Positions 15,893-28,054 are shown, counted from the first letter of the stretch. The stretch: 64,000 nucleotides of DNA from Squalus acanthias (GCA_030390025.1 CM059431.1:146880001-146944000), one strand, 5' to 3'. A program made the numbers and translations. Notes: a model not told the origin generated them from the letters alone.

Positions 15893-16101
15893 ATAACAAC
15901 AGAAAACGCGGGAAAAACTCAGCAGGCCAGGCAACATCCGTGGAGAGAGAAAGAGAGTTAACGTTTCAGGTCGAAACCCTTCCACGGCCTGAAACATTAA
16001 CTCTCTTTCTCTCTCCACGGATGTTAACTGGCCTGCTGAGTTTTTCCAGCGTTTTCTGTTGTTATTTCGGATTTCCAGCATCCGCAGTATTTTGCTATCG
16101 T
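15893..16101. mobile_element. Fold-back insertion derived from a Penelope terminal sequence
   Basis: About 80-bp inverted arms; matches 21281-21359 and 40468-40580; TSD-like atctttcatccata/atctttcattcata. Confidence 0.75.
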
Positions 16102-16731
16102 ATCTTTCATTCATAGTTTTGACAGAAGATCGGTCAAAGCTATGAATAATATATCCCCCCAAAAGAACAGCTAAACCTCAATTAAATTTTAAAAAAGCCA
16201 TCACATTAATAAAATAAGTATAGTTAAATCAATAATAACACTTTAAACAAAAAATTAAATTTTTGAAAAAATTTAAAATCTTTTTAAAATTTATAAAAAT
16301 AAACTTACCTTTCTTTAAAGTCTCTAAAAAAGATAAACCTGTTGAAAAAAATTTAAAATAATACTTAATTAACTACTTACCTTGTTAAAAGAGGGTCTTA
16401 CGCCTCCTTTCTTTATGTGTAAAATCTTCCATGCTTAGCTGTGCGTTCAAAGCACTCAGTGCACTGCGTGCGCGCAGCCTGTAGCGCCCACACGGTTCAC
16501 CTAGGAACCGCCCCTTTTGAATTCACAAAGTGCCGGTTTCCCGCGCATGCACAGTGAATGCTGGAAACCGGCAATTGGAGACCTAAAACGAGAGAGTACA
16601 CAGTGCGTACTCTCGTGTATTAGGTCTAATTTTCGGCCCATTGTCACAGGAGCTATGACAGTGAGAAATATAGCAGCTGGGCAAAGCACGAGTCATTCGG
16701 AAAAAATCGCCTGGAAATTCAAAATTTTCAT

Positions 16732-16804
16732 AGGCACGGACGGGGGTCGAACCCGCGATCTTTGGTTTACAAGAACTGACGCCTTCAAGCTGAGCCACCG
16801 CGCC
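16732..16804 (-). pseudogene. Degenerate tRNA-Thr (CGT-type body, anticodon now TGT)
   Basis: Reverse complement GGCGCGGTGGC...AAGATCGCGGGTTCGACCCCCGTCCGTGCCT resembles vertebrate Thr-CGT; D and anticodon arms damaged. Confidence 0.8.
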
Positions 16805-17087
16805 ACCTCCGTAAGTGCACTGGACATGACACTCCAAATGTCACACTCCAGATGTCACGCTCGAGATCTCAAACACTGTTCAAAGTTAATTTCGGAATTG
16901 GCATTCCTTTACTTGGAGCCGGGGTTCTGACCGACATTCCGACATCCAGATGACCTGACATTGGCTTCGGTTTACCACGTCATTCGAAAAAACAGCGCCA
17001 CCGACAGTGCAGCGGAGAGTGCGGCGCCGGGGCTGGGCCACCAGCCGCCTTTCTGCGATAAGTGTCAATTCCACAAAGTTGAATCAG

Positions 17088-17125
17088 GCCCGGCCAGCTC
17101 AGTCGGTGGAGCGTTAGATTCTCAG
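17088..17125 (+). pseudogene. 5' half of a tRNA-Lys(CTT)-like pseudogene
   Basis: GCCCGGCCAGCTCAGTCGGTGGAGCG versus canonical GCCCGGCTAGCTCAGTCGGTAGAGCA. Confidence 0.7.
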
Positions 17126-17169
17126 AAATGAATTCAATGGGCATCGGGTGGGGGTGGGTGGAAAGTCTC

Positions 17170-18185
17170 CATGGGCTGGAGTCATACCTAGCACAAAGGA
17201 AGATGGTTGTGGTGTTTGAAGATCAAACATCACAGCCCAAGACATCGCTGCAGGAGTTCCTCAGGGCAGTGTCCTAGGCCCAATGAGCTTCAGCTGCTTC
17301 ATCAATGAACTTCCCTCCAACATAAGCTCGGAAATGGGGATGTTCCCTGATGATTGCACAGTGTTCAGTGCCATTCACAACTCCTCAGATAATGAAGCAG
17401 TCCATGCCCGCATGCAAGAAGACCTGGACAGCGTTCATGCTTGGGCTGATAATTGGCAGGTAACATTCGCGCCACAGAATTGCCAGGAAATGACTATCTC
17501 CAACAAGCGAAAGTCTAACAACTGCCCCATGAACTTCAACGGTATTACCATCGCCAATCCCCCAACAATCAACATTGGGGGGTCACCATTAACCAGAAAC
17601 TTAACTGGACCAGCCACATAAATACTACGGAAACAAGAGCTGGTCAGAGGCTAAGTATTCTGCGGCGAGTGTCTCACCTCCTGACTCCCCAAATCAATCA
17701 TCTGCAAGGCGGAAGTAAGGGATGTGATGGAATACTCTTCACTTGCCTGGATGAGTACAGCTCCAACAGCACTCAATTAGCTCGACACCATCCAGGACAA
17801 AGCAGCCCGCTTTATTGGCACCACATCCACCATTTTAAGAATTCAATCCCTCCATCTACAAGATGCACTGCAGCAACTCGCCAATGTTTCTTCGGAAGCA
17901 CCTCCCAAACTCGCGACCTCTTCCACCTAGAAGGACAAGGGCAGCAGGCGCATGGGGACACCATCACCTCCAAGTTCCCCTCCAAGTCACACGCGATCCT
18001 AACTTAGAAATATATATCTGATCCTTCGTCATCGCTGGGTCAAAATTCATGAAATTCCTACCTAACTGCACTGTGGGAGTATCTTCACCACACGGGCTGC
18101 AGTGTTTCAAGAAGGTGCCTCACCACCACATTCTCAAGGGCAACTAGGGATGGGCAATAAATGCTGGTCTTGCCAGCGACGCGCA
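17170..18185 (+). mobile_element. CR1/L2-group LINE 3' fragment
   Basis: GVPQGSVLGP motif; ORF 17283 MFPDDCTVF...WADNWQVTFAP; ends in AATAAATGCTGG tail. Confidence 0.85.
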
Positions 18186-18355
18186 GATAAACAAATTTAA
18201 AAAAAATTGTCTCTGGCACTTACAGTGAAGCGGAGGCCATTTTCAATCTTAAACCCGCAATTATATTATTAAGCAAAAGGTGCCAGATAAAGACCCGGTG
18301 ACACTGCCCCGGGAATTCAGAGCTGGGGTTCGGCCGTGAAAACAAAATAAAACTT

Positions 18356-18398
18356 CACACAACGTGGGACCGGAATCCACGACCCTGAGAATCTAACG
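18356..18398 (-). pseudogene. 3' half of a tRNA-Lys(CTT)-like pseudogene
   Basis: Reverse complement TCTCAGGGTCGTGGATTCCGGTCCCACGTTG versus canonical TCTCAGGGTCGTGGGTTCGAGCCCCACGTTG. Confidence 0.65.
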
Positions 18399-18712
18399 AG
18401 AATTTTGAAAACGGGAGAAAGTGTCAGCTGTTCTGGGGAAGACTCCATGCAAAATAAATGTGCAGGGAGATGAAGGCGGCGGAAAAAGAGCTCAGCATCG
18501 TGCTGAGCTCGAAATTTATTGAGATGGTGGCGTAAGGGGATGAAGCTCACGGTTTTGGAAAGGACTGATCTTTTGGGGTCAGAGAGGGGAAGGTCAGAGC
18601 GGGTAGTGAAAACACGGCAGGGGGTGAGATTGGAAGAAGGGTTGGGGTCAGAGGAAAGTGAACGGGAAGAAGGTTCTGGATGGGTGTTGGTGTCAAAGAG
18701 TTGTTGAAGCGT
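18399..18712 (-). mobile_element. Inverted 5' fragment of a Penelope-like element
   Basis: Reverse complement matches 32860-33175; ORF CRVFTTRSDLPLSDPKRSVLSK...FFRRLHL. Confidence 0.85.
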
Positions 18713-19055
18713 CTTCCCCCGCACAGCTTAAGCTTTCTCCCGTTTTTAGAATTGTCGTTCTACCTGGAGCCCTCCCTCTGGCCTCTTAACCTCTCTAGAT
18801 CTTTTCATTGCAAACTGCCGGCGTGACATCGGCCGTCTCAATTTCTCTGCTCCCCTCACTCACTCCAACCTCCTTCCCTCTGAACTTGCAGCACTCCATT
18901 CGCTCAGATCTAACCACAGCCTTGTCATTAAACCTGCTGCGGAGATGCCGGCATTGGACTGGGGTGGACAAAAATGAGAAGTAAGGAAAGATTGTATCTC
19001 TGTAGTATCTGTGTTTATATTCTATGAACTTTTGTAGATTCACTCAGTGTAACTA

Positions 19056-19093
19056 TACCTGAAGAAGGGGCAGGATAGCTCCGAAAGCTTGTA
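19056..19093 (+). ncRNA. Minimal type I hammerhead ribozyme motif (AAGCTT variant) inside a ~200-bp insert
   Basis: TAC-CTGAAGA-stem II-GAAAGCTT-GTA; insert flanked by duplicated TCATTAAACCTGCTG. Confidence 0.6.
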
Positions 19094-19129
19094 ATTTTAA
19101 ATAAATCTGTTAGACTATAACCTGGTGTT

Positions 19130-20893
19130 GTGCGACTTCTCATTAAACCTGCTGACAAGGGTGGTGCTGTTGTTGTTTGGCGAACCGACCTCTACCTAGC
19201 GGAGGCTGAACGCCAACTCTCCGACACCTCCTCCTACCTCCGCCTGGACCATGACCCCACTACCGAACATCAAGCCACCGTTTCCAAGACCGTCATTGAA
19301 CTCATCTCCTCTGGAGATCTTCCCTCCACTGCCGCCAACCTCATAATTCCCCAACCCCGCACAGCCCGCTTCGACCTCCTTCCCAAGTTCCACAAACAGG
19401 ACTGCCCAGATAGACCCATCGTTTCAGTCTGTTCTTGCCCCACCGAACTTATCTCTTCCTATCTCGACTCTATTTGTTCTCCCCTTGTCCAGTTTCTTCC
19501 CACCTACATCCACGACTCTTCCGACGTCCTCCATCACTTTAACAGCTTCCAGTTTCCTGTCTCCAAACGTCTCCTTTTCACAATGGACGTCCAATCCCTC
19601 TACACCTCCATCCCGCACCAGGACGGCCTGAGGGCGCTCCGCTTCTTCCTTGAACAGAGGCCCAACCAGTCCCCATCCAGCACCACCCTCCTCCGCCTGG
19701 CTGAACTTGTTCTCACATTGAACATCTTCTACTTTGACTCCACTCACTTGTTCGAAATTAAAGGTGTTGCTATGGGAACCCGCATGGGTCCCAGCTATGC
19801 CTGCCTTTTCGTGGGATATGTGGAACATTCATTGTTGCAGTCCTACTCGGCTCCCCTCCCTCACCTCTTTTTCCAAGAGATTGTTGACTGTATTGATGCT
19901 GTTTCCTGCTCTCGCCCTGAACTAGAAAATTTCATTCATTTTGCTTCCGATTTCCACCCTTCCCACCCCTTCACATGGTCAATCTTCGACTCTTCCCTTC
20001 CATTCCTCGACTTCTCTGTCTCCATCTCTGGGGATAGGCTATTGACAAACATTCACTACAAGCCCACTGACTCCCAGAGCTACCTCGACTACACTTCCAC
20101 CCACCCCGCTACCTGGAAGGACTCTATTCCATTCTCCCAGTGTCTCCATCTCCACCGCATCTGCTCTGACGATGTCACCTTCCATACTAGTGCTTCCGAC
20201 ATTTCTTCATTTATCCTAAACCGAAGATTCCCCTCTACTGTGGTTGACATGGCCCTTGACCATGTCCGATCTATTTCTCGCACTTCTGCTCTCACCCCTT
20301 CCCCTCCCTCCCAGAATCACGATAGGGTTCCCCTTGTCCTCATCTTTCACCCCACCAGCCTCCGCATTCAACGGATCATCCTCCGCCATTTCCTCCACCT
20401 CCAGCGTGATCCCACCACCAAACACATCTACCCCTCACCTCCACTTTCAGCGTTCCGAAGGGACCACACCCTCCGCGACACCCTGGTCCACTGCTCTATC
20501 ACCCCCAACACGCCTTACCTTTTGCCCGGCACCTTCTCGTGCAAGCACAGGAGATGCAACACATGCCCTTTTACCTCCACCCTTCCCACTGTCCAGGGCC
20601 CCAAATACTCCTTCCAGGTGAAACAGCAATTTACTTGTACTTCTTGCAATTTAGTATACTGTATTTGGTGCTCGCAATATGGTCTCCTCTACATTGGGGA
20701 GAGCAAACGTAGATTGGATGACTGGTTTGCGGAACACCTCCGTTCGATCCAGAAGGGGACCCCGAGCTTCCGGCCGCCTGTCACTTTAATTCTCCTCCCC
20801 ACTCCCACTCAGACCTCACCGTCCTCGGCCTTTTACACTGTTCCAATGAAGCTCAACGTAAGCTCGAGGAACAGCTCCTCATCTTTCGATTAG
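19130..20893 (+). pseudogene. Penelope RT/GIY-YIG ORF (587 aa), catalytically damaged
   Basis: IKPADKGGAVVV, MDVQSLYTSIP, GVAMGTRMGPSYA, LVYCIWC...YIGES; the (Y)xDD motif reads QEIVD; C-terminal frameshift. Confidence 0.9.
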
Positions 20894-21258
20894 GCACTTT
20901 ACAGCCATCTGGACTCAACATAGATTTCAACAATTTCAGACCATAAACTCTGCCCCTATCTTTTCTTTTTTTTTACCCATTTATTTGATTGTTTTTTTAA
21001 TTTTCTCTCTCCCACATGTCAGCTGTTTTACATTCTGCCAGTGCCATTTACACTTCATCTAGAGCCATCTTTTGTTTCTTAACCTCTGCCATTACCATCT
21101 CCTTTTGCTTTCATCATCTCTTTATCTCTCTTAATCTCCCTTATTCTCTCCTGACTTCCATCCTATCACAGACCGTCCCTTTTGTTCCTTCCTCCCCTCC
21201 ACCCTTTCCCTACCCCCACACTTCATAAAAAAAACTGTTCGATCTCCAGCGTTTTTCC

Positions 21259-21295
21259 AGTTCTGACGAATGGTCATTGACCTGAAACGTTAACT
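21259..21295 (+). ncRNA. Minimal type I hammerhead ribozyme motif at Penelope terminus
   Basis: AGTT-CTGACGA-atGGTCattGACCt-GAAACGTT-AACT. Confidence 0.7.
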
Positions 21296-21832
21296 CTGTT
21301 TCTCTCTCCAGAGATGCTGCCTGCCCTGCTGAGTATTTCCAGCATTTTCTGTTTTTATTTATATATTTGAAGAGAACTACTTAGCAGGATTATGGGGAAA
21401 AATCTGGGGTTTGGGACTAATCTGAACAGTTCTTTCAAGGAGCCGGCAGAGGCAGGACGAGCCGAATGGCCTCATTCTGTGCAGTCAGGTTGTATGATCC
21501 TGAGATTCCATGATTCTATGACTCCGGTCTCTTCACACTACAAATATTCTGTCATAACCTGTCCTCACTGCCTGGAATTTCCATCTCAAACCCTTCCGTC
21601 TCCTCCTTTAAGACGCTTCTTAAAACCGTAAGCTTTGAGGAGACTTTTGGTCCAAAGTTTGGATTTCGCTTCCATATTGTTGATCACTCCTCTATGAAGC
21701 GCATTCGGAGATCCCCGAGAAGTGGGGAGGTGGCCAGGGTTTATGAAGCTGTGCGGAAAACTTTACTGAACACGTGTGTTTATGTCTGTTTGTTACATTA
21801 TCCAGACTCCAATCAATGCTAAAAAGAAGCTC

Positions 21833-21892
21833 AGATCCTGACGGGATTTGAACACGCAGCCTTCTGACGCGCTTCCGTTACGCCACGAGGTT
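21833..21892 (-). pseudogene. tRNA-Trp pseudogene lacking the anticodon loop
   Basis: Matches reverse complement of 31576-31647 with TCTGGAGTCAGA deleted; flank shared. Confidence 0.85.
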
Positions 21893-22116
21893 TCCATTAG
21901 GATAAACGTTGGGAATCTTTCTATATATCATTGTTTCTCAAACACCTTTTCATTCTCCCGCTGAATCACCACATCACGGGAAAATAAACCTAGAATCTGC
22001 TCAAAATACACAGCAGGTCGAGCAGCTGCCGAAAAACGATTAAACTTTTGGCGATTAGACATTTGTTAGAATTGCAAACAAGACCGTGTGAACATATAAA
22101 CTATGGGTGTGTAAAT

Positions 22117-22335
22117 ATAGAATCATAGAAACTCAGAGCACAGGAGGAGGACATTCGGCCCGTCGTGCCTGTGCTGGTTTAGAAAGAGCAGCCGTGCTTA
22201 GTCCCCCTTCCTCGCTTTTTGTCCCTAACCCTGTAAGTTCCTCATCCTCAAGTACCTGTGCAACTCCTTTTAAAAATATTTATGAATCAGATACCACCAT
22301 CTTTTCAAGTCGAGCGTTCCAGATCCCGACAACTT
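22117..22335 (-). mobile_element. CR1 LINE 3' end
   Basis: atagaatcatagaa tail and ATTCGGCCC stem. Confidence 0.75.
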
Positions 22336-22491
22336 ACTAAATACATTTGGGATGAAGACAGATGATCCCCCAATAAATGAACAAATACTACAGATACCTG
22401 TAAATACATTTGCAAGCAGCAGAATCATGAAATGCATTTACTTGTAAAAAAAAAGTCAAAAATCAATTTGCATCCAAAACGGTTGCCACGT

Positions 22492-22564
22492 TCCCTGTTG
22501 ATCTAATGTTCAGAATTCGGCCCTTTCGCCGCTATAGGCTCGTGTTCAATTACCGTTGAGGGGA
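22492..22564 (+). pseudogene. Degenerate tRNA-Glu(TTC)
   Basis: TCCCTGTTGATCTAATG..AGAATTCGGCCCTTTCGCCGC..GTTCAATTACC resembles Glu-TTC. Confidence 0.65.
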
Positions 22565-22919
22565 TTGACTCTTACAACAGTTGTTAATTAAAGACCTTAT
22601 CAAATTCACTACATGTATCCAGTGTGAAAATAATGTTGTAATTGCCATTAATTACCCGATAAGTTTCTTTTGCAGAATGAAAGAAATGCTAACATGGTTA
22701 CTGAGGTACAGTCCAAGTTTTAATAATTTATTTTGCTCTTTGACTGTGATGAACATTTATCGCTATCACATTTTACACACTGTATTTTGGAGCCTGGTTT
22801 GAAATATTCAATGCTAATGACTCCAGGAATCTGGTGCAAAATTTTAAAAATTTAACAGGATTTGCTATTTCACAGAAAAATTCATTCTCTAACACAATGT
22901 TTTTAGAAAATACACTGAC

Positions 22920-23335
22920 GTGTCTTTCTTAGGTCCAAAGTGGAATATCAGGTACTTCCCACGTTGAAATCCATTAATCACAGTTTTACCCACTCACATA
23001 ATCTATCAATGTCCCTTGACATTTCACTGCTCCCATCTACACTGCTTACTGTGCTCCCTACTTAGTGTCATCAGCAAATCTGGATATCAGGTTCTCTATT
23101 ACTTCATCTAAGTCATTTATCAATATAATGAAAATCTGAGGCCGCAGTCCAGATCCCAGGGGACACCTTTAGTCACATCCTGCCACTTGGAGTAGATACC
23201 CATTATCCCTACTCTGTGTCTCCGACCTCCTCACCAATTACCTACCCGTGTCAATACGTTGCCTCAAATTCCATGCGCTTTCATTTTTGCTAACAGTCTC
23301 TTGTGAGGAACCTTATCAAATGCCTGCTGGAAGTT
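22920..23335 (-). mobile_element. Old CR1 RT fragment
   Basis: Reverse complement encodes AFDKVPH, GVP.GS and FADDTK motifs. Confidence 0.8.
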
Positions 23336-24294
23336 ATCATGTCAAATCCAGTCAGTCCCTCTGTATGATTGAGTTTTCGTATTCTCCATGTCTCTATTAG
23401 TTTATCCTCTACTCTGAAGACCGATACAATGTGATTGTTTAACATGTCTGCAATTTCCTTATTTTCAACTACAATGTCGCCTGCGTCTGTCTTTAAGGTG
23501 CCCGCATTATCCTGAGCCTCTCTGTGAGACCGTGAATAATTATGTCAATTCCATTAATAAACCCATTATTTCTGCTGCAGACTGAACGAAATGCGAATAT
23601 GTTTGACGACTGACAGTGAAAATGTAATGGCTTTCCTGCTCTGCATGTCCTGAACATTTAACCTTCCCGTTTTGCGCACTGTATTTTAAGAGTTTGTTTA
23701 TAAATGTTCAGTTCATATGACACCAGGAATCTGCTGCGACCGTTTTTCAATTTAAAAAGGATTGTAGCTCCTTTCACACGAGAAGACACGTTCATGAGGA
23801 GCAAGTTCTCACAAATTGTTTCCGCCCGGGGTTTCCCCATTGAGGGCCAAAGAAAGTTTCCCTCATTCCGGAATCTGTAAATGCTGCTAGAAGGCTGAGT
23901 GACCCGGATATAATCTCCCCGCCTTTTTGAAAGTCTGTGCTGGGTGCAGGGGGAAATTTAGACCGGGCCGTGGCCCTTGCATTGCAGGGATGGGCAGTAG
24001 CTTGCTGACTGAGATTGCATTCGCTGCTTTCCGCTGGCAGCGGGTGATTGGAGAGTGCGGGGCCGGTTTGTTACTGCTTGTCCCGGCCTTACTCATTCTG
24101 GAGCTGGGGAAGAGCGAATCATTGATGGACTTGTTCCCGGGTTTGAAATGCGGCTTCGAACTGCTGTTGTTGACCGAGGCAGCGCTGCAGGATCCTTGAA
24201 TCATCTCTCACAAATCAACTGATATCAGCCGGAATGTGCAACTTTGAGAGGGGCTTTCTGCACCGTCAGGGCTGGCGACGGGAGAGAGTGAGAG

Positions 24295-24840
24295 AGCATA
24301 GGAACATAGGAGCAGAAGGAGGCCATTCAACCCCTCGAGCCTGTTCCGCCATTCCAGAGATCAAGGCTGATCTGCGACCTAACTCCATATATCCGCCTTT
24401 CATATCGCTTCCTACCTTAAGATAACAAAAAACTATCAATCTCAGATTTAAACTTGACAATTGATCTAGCATCAATTGACATTTGCAGAAGAGAGTTCCA
24501 AAATTTTTTAATTCATAATATCACTCCTGAAATGTCTGTCTCTAATTTTTAGACTATGCCCCTACACCTAGAATCCTCAAAAAGCAGAAATAGTTTCTCT
24601 TCATCTACCCTACCTGTTCCCGCCATTATTTGAAAACTTCGATCAGATCACCTCTTAAACTTCTTTCTCTAGTGAATACAACCCTAATATGTGTAATCTC
24701 TCCTCGTAACTTAACCCTTGAAGTCCGGGTATCATTCTGGTAAAACTACGCTGCACTCCCTCCAAGGCCAATATATCCTTCCTAAGGTGTGGTGCCCAGA
24801 ACTGCTCACAGTACTCCAGGTGTGGTCTAACCAGGGCTTG
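24295..24840 (-). mobile_element. CR1 LINE 3' fragment
   Basis: [22 protein letters not shown]; cataggaacatagg tail. Confidence 0.85.
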
Positions 24841-25021
24841 CTGGAGTTGAAGCGACACTACATGCAGAGATACAGATAAACTGTAGAGTTTGAATGTGTA
24901 CAGAACCGAACAGAGAAACAGCAAATGTAACACAGCTGTGAGATATTGTATTTAGTTAACATCTAAACACAAATGTGAATTGTTCTATTTTCCTAATATT
25001 TAATTGAAGAAGTTCTCAATA

Positions 25022-25094
25022 TACTTCTGCCCGGTTCCGAATCAGATGCATTTCGTGTTTCAAGCAAATATGATAACCACTGCACTAAGGAAAC
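25022..25094 (-). pseudogene. Degenerate tRNA-Val
   Basis: CTGCCCGGTTCCGAA...TGATAACCACTGCACTAAGGAAAC matches reverse complement of vertebrate tRNA-Val. Confidence 0.75.
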
Positions 25095-26956
25095 ATGGCA
25101 GCAAGAATGATTTTAGGAATATAACCAGCCGTGCTGCACTTCTGGAATTAGTTTTACTGAAATCGAATTTCGGTACTCTATTGAGGAAGGCTGTAGAGAA
25201 TGGCAGATATTGAACTGTTAGTAGAATCATAGAATGACACAGCACAGAAGGAGGCAATTCACTCATCCTGCCTGTGCCGGCTCTTTGAAAGAGCTCTCCA
25301 ATTAATTCCACCCCACCCTACTCTTTCCCCACAGTCCTGCACATTTTTCCCTTTCAAGTAATTAACCAATTCCATTTTGAAAATTGAGAGTTTGCAAATA
25401 CAATATTGTCAGAGGTGTAGGAACCTCTGCATTGTCGATGCACAGTGTGTGGTAACTGACGAAGTTCTCCTGATCCAATGACACTGAAACTTTGAACCCG
25501 GGATTCTTATGCAGTTTCTTAAAAAATATATTAATTTGTGGAATTGATTTCAAATAAATTTTTTTTAGAGTTTATTCTTATCAAAAGAGTCCTTATTTTG
25601 CCGAGTTGGTATATACAATCCAATCACATGAGCTGTATAATCTGTTACAGAGGCAGTTATACAAAGGGGAGAAAGCTTTGCTACAGCTGTGCAAAGTACT
25701 GGTTAAACCACCTCTGGAGGACTCTGTACAGTTATGGGCACGGCACCTCAGAAAGTTTTGACATTGGCCTCGGAAGCAGCGCAGCACAGATCCAGCAGAA
25801 TGTTTCCAGGGTCCAAAGGTTAGATTATGAGGCGAGATTACATAAATTAGGCTTGTATTCCTTGGAATATAGAAGGTTAAGCGCTGATTTCATTGAGGTT
25901 TTTAGAATTATGAAAGAAATTAATAGGGTTAAAATACAGAAACCTTTTTTCACTTGATCATTGTGGACAGGACCCTTACTTAGAAAAATGATCGATAACT
26001 TTCATTGACTGGGAGTAATTTTGTTGTCCTATTCTGCACATTCTGTCATCAATCTACCCGCTGAAAGGGTCTGGTAGCGCAGGTGTTGGACAAACTCCAT
26101 GTGTCATTGTACAAGTCGGTTGCTTTACACGTAGTGCGTTGTGCCCTCATCTTGAAATGCGAGTCTCTTCAATATCCAACACAAACTGAATTGCAAACTT
26201 GAAGGACAAGCAGAGGAATACAAGTCACCAGTGAACAAAAACCACATGGTGCTCATTTTCAAAATCATAGCAGTCAGCTTTTATATAAAGTGAAATAATT
26301 GTGCATTGATAAGATTTATAAATAGATGTTACTTTTATTTGTGTCTTTTGTTCATCAATTTATGAATCTTTCTGCCGTCTGACTCCCGTTGAGTCTCTTC
26401 TTCCTCTATTGAATGTGAAAGGAGGAGTTTGACGTTGACCAGACCCGCACTGCGCCTGATATTTGTGAGCTAATCCTTATATTTAGTGTTTTATGCCCCT
26501 TTGATCGGCGTCAGCTTTAGCTCACTATACTACACAAATATGGAACTGTTAAGAGGGGTGACCTAAACTGTTCAAAGCCTTCGGTTTTAAGGAGGGTCTG
26601 AAAGGAGGTGAGGGAGGGGTAAAGGTGGAGGGGTTTAGGCAGGGAGTTCCAGAGCATGACGCCTACACAAATATTGCATCATGTTCGCATGTGCCTGCTG
26701 TCAGACCGCAGTGTTTTACAACGTTTTACATTGAAAAAATAAAGTTATTAGATGCAGCTAAATTATCACTAAAATGGCCCAGCGTGTTTTAAATTGTTTT
26801 CCCTAATATCAGCTGTACAATAGCATTACATTCAATGTAGCCTCACACGGTGCGATGGCGTGTTCCAGTTCTATTTATGTAGATGCAGAATCAATTTCCA
26901 TCAGTTTATTTAAATCCAATAACTTCATATATTTCCAACGGGTTGGATGGAGGAAC

Positions 26957-27668
26957 ATGCACCAGTCGCTGAAGGTAAGCATGCAGGTACAGCAGGCGGT
27001 TAGAAGACAAATGGTATGTTGGCCTTCATAGCGAGAGGATTCGAGTACAGGAACAAGGATGTCTTGCTGCAGTTGTACAGGGCCTTGGTGAGACCACACC
27101 TTGAGTATTCTGTGCAGTTTTGGACGTCTTATCTGAGGAAGGATGTTCTTGCCATGGAGGGAGTGCAGCGAAGATTCACCAGGCTGATACCTGGGATGGC
27201 AGGAATGACGTATGAGGAGAGATTGGGTCGATCGAGCTTATACTCGCTGGAGTTTGGAAGAATGAGAGGAGATCTCATTGAAACTTATAAAATTCTAACA
27301 GGTCTAAACAGACTGGACGCAGGAAGGATGTTCCCGATGGCGGGGGAGTCCAGAACAAGAGGTCACAGTCTAAAGATAAGGGGTAAAACATTTAGGACTG
27401 AGATGAGGAGGAATTTCTTCACCCAGAGAGTGGTGAACCTGTGGAATTCTCTACCACAGAAGGCAGTTGAGGCCAAGTCAGTAAATATATTCAGGAAGGA
27501 GTTAGATATATTTCTTAAGGCTAAAGATATCAAGTGATATGGGGAGAAAGCAGGGACAGGGTACTGAGTTTTGATGATCAGCCATGATCGCATTGAATGG
27601 CGGAGCAGGCTCGGCGGCAGAATGGCCTACTCCTGCTCCTATCTTCTATGTTTCTATGTTTCTATGTT
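26957..27668 (+). mobile_element. CR1 LINE 3' fragment with (TTCTATGT)n tail
   Basis: ORF 27016 [12 protein letters not shown]...FFTQRVVNLWNSLP. Confidence 0.92.
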
Positions 27669-27853
27669 CCATCTGCATGTTTTTTTTATCATTTTATTTG
27701 AAATGAGTACTCATAAAAGTATTTGGGTGGGAACTGACTGGCTCACATCACAGCTGACAATGTGTGCGGAACATTATCGTGCAGCCAAAGCAGACATTGA
27801 CAACCTGGAACTGTGCAGCAAAGAATCATACAGGGATAAAACGTTAAAATCTT

Positions 27854-27927
27854 CGCCCCTGGCAAGGCTAGATCCAGCAAATTTTTGGTTAACAGCCGAA
27901 CGCGCTAACCGATTGCTCCACTGAGAC
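27854..27927 (-). pseudogene. Degenerate tRNA-Asn(GTT)
   Basis: GGTTAACAGCCGAACGCGCTAACCGATTG...GAGAC; T arm damaged. Confidence 0.85.
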
Positions 27928-28054
27928 GACCAACCATGCAAGATTCCCTACACGTGCAAGACGTGTAAGAGGGAGAAACCGAGTTAACGTTTCAGCTCGA
28001 TGGCAATCTGAATACTATTCGGAACAAACAAGGCACGGAAAGGCTGGTAGGGAG

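Larger units (their letters stand above)
14781..16639. mobile_element. Non-autonomous TIR DNA transposon (Harbinger/MITE-like), same family as 61021-61775, with two nested insertions
   Basis: Ends GGCCCAGAAATT / AATTTTCGGCCC, flanks AAT/ATT; 15700-15890 and 16110-16639 align by eye with the 61 kb copy. Confidence 0.8.
18712..21359 (+). mobile_element. Penelope-like retroelement copy 1
   Basis: RT plus GIY-YIG ORF followed by a pyrimidine-rich tail with hammerhead motif. Confidence 0.92.

Noticed and set aside
18295..18345. Additional tRNA-Glu remnant on the minus strand
   Set aside because: Only scattered motif similarity; no convincing cloverleaf
19130..20893. Active or domesticated Penelope RT gene
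   Set aside because: Catalytic motif destroyed, ORF start lies in an insertion, C-terminus frameshifted
23887..24204. Histone H3 pseudogene remnant (ITRCQRK...SKLLP versus IRRYQK...RKLP)
   Set aside because: Similarity too weak to support by eye; needs a translated search
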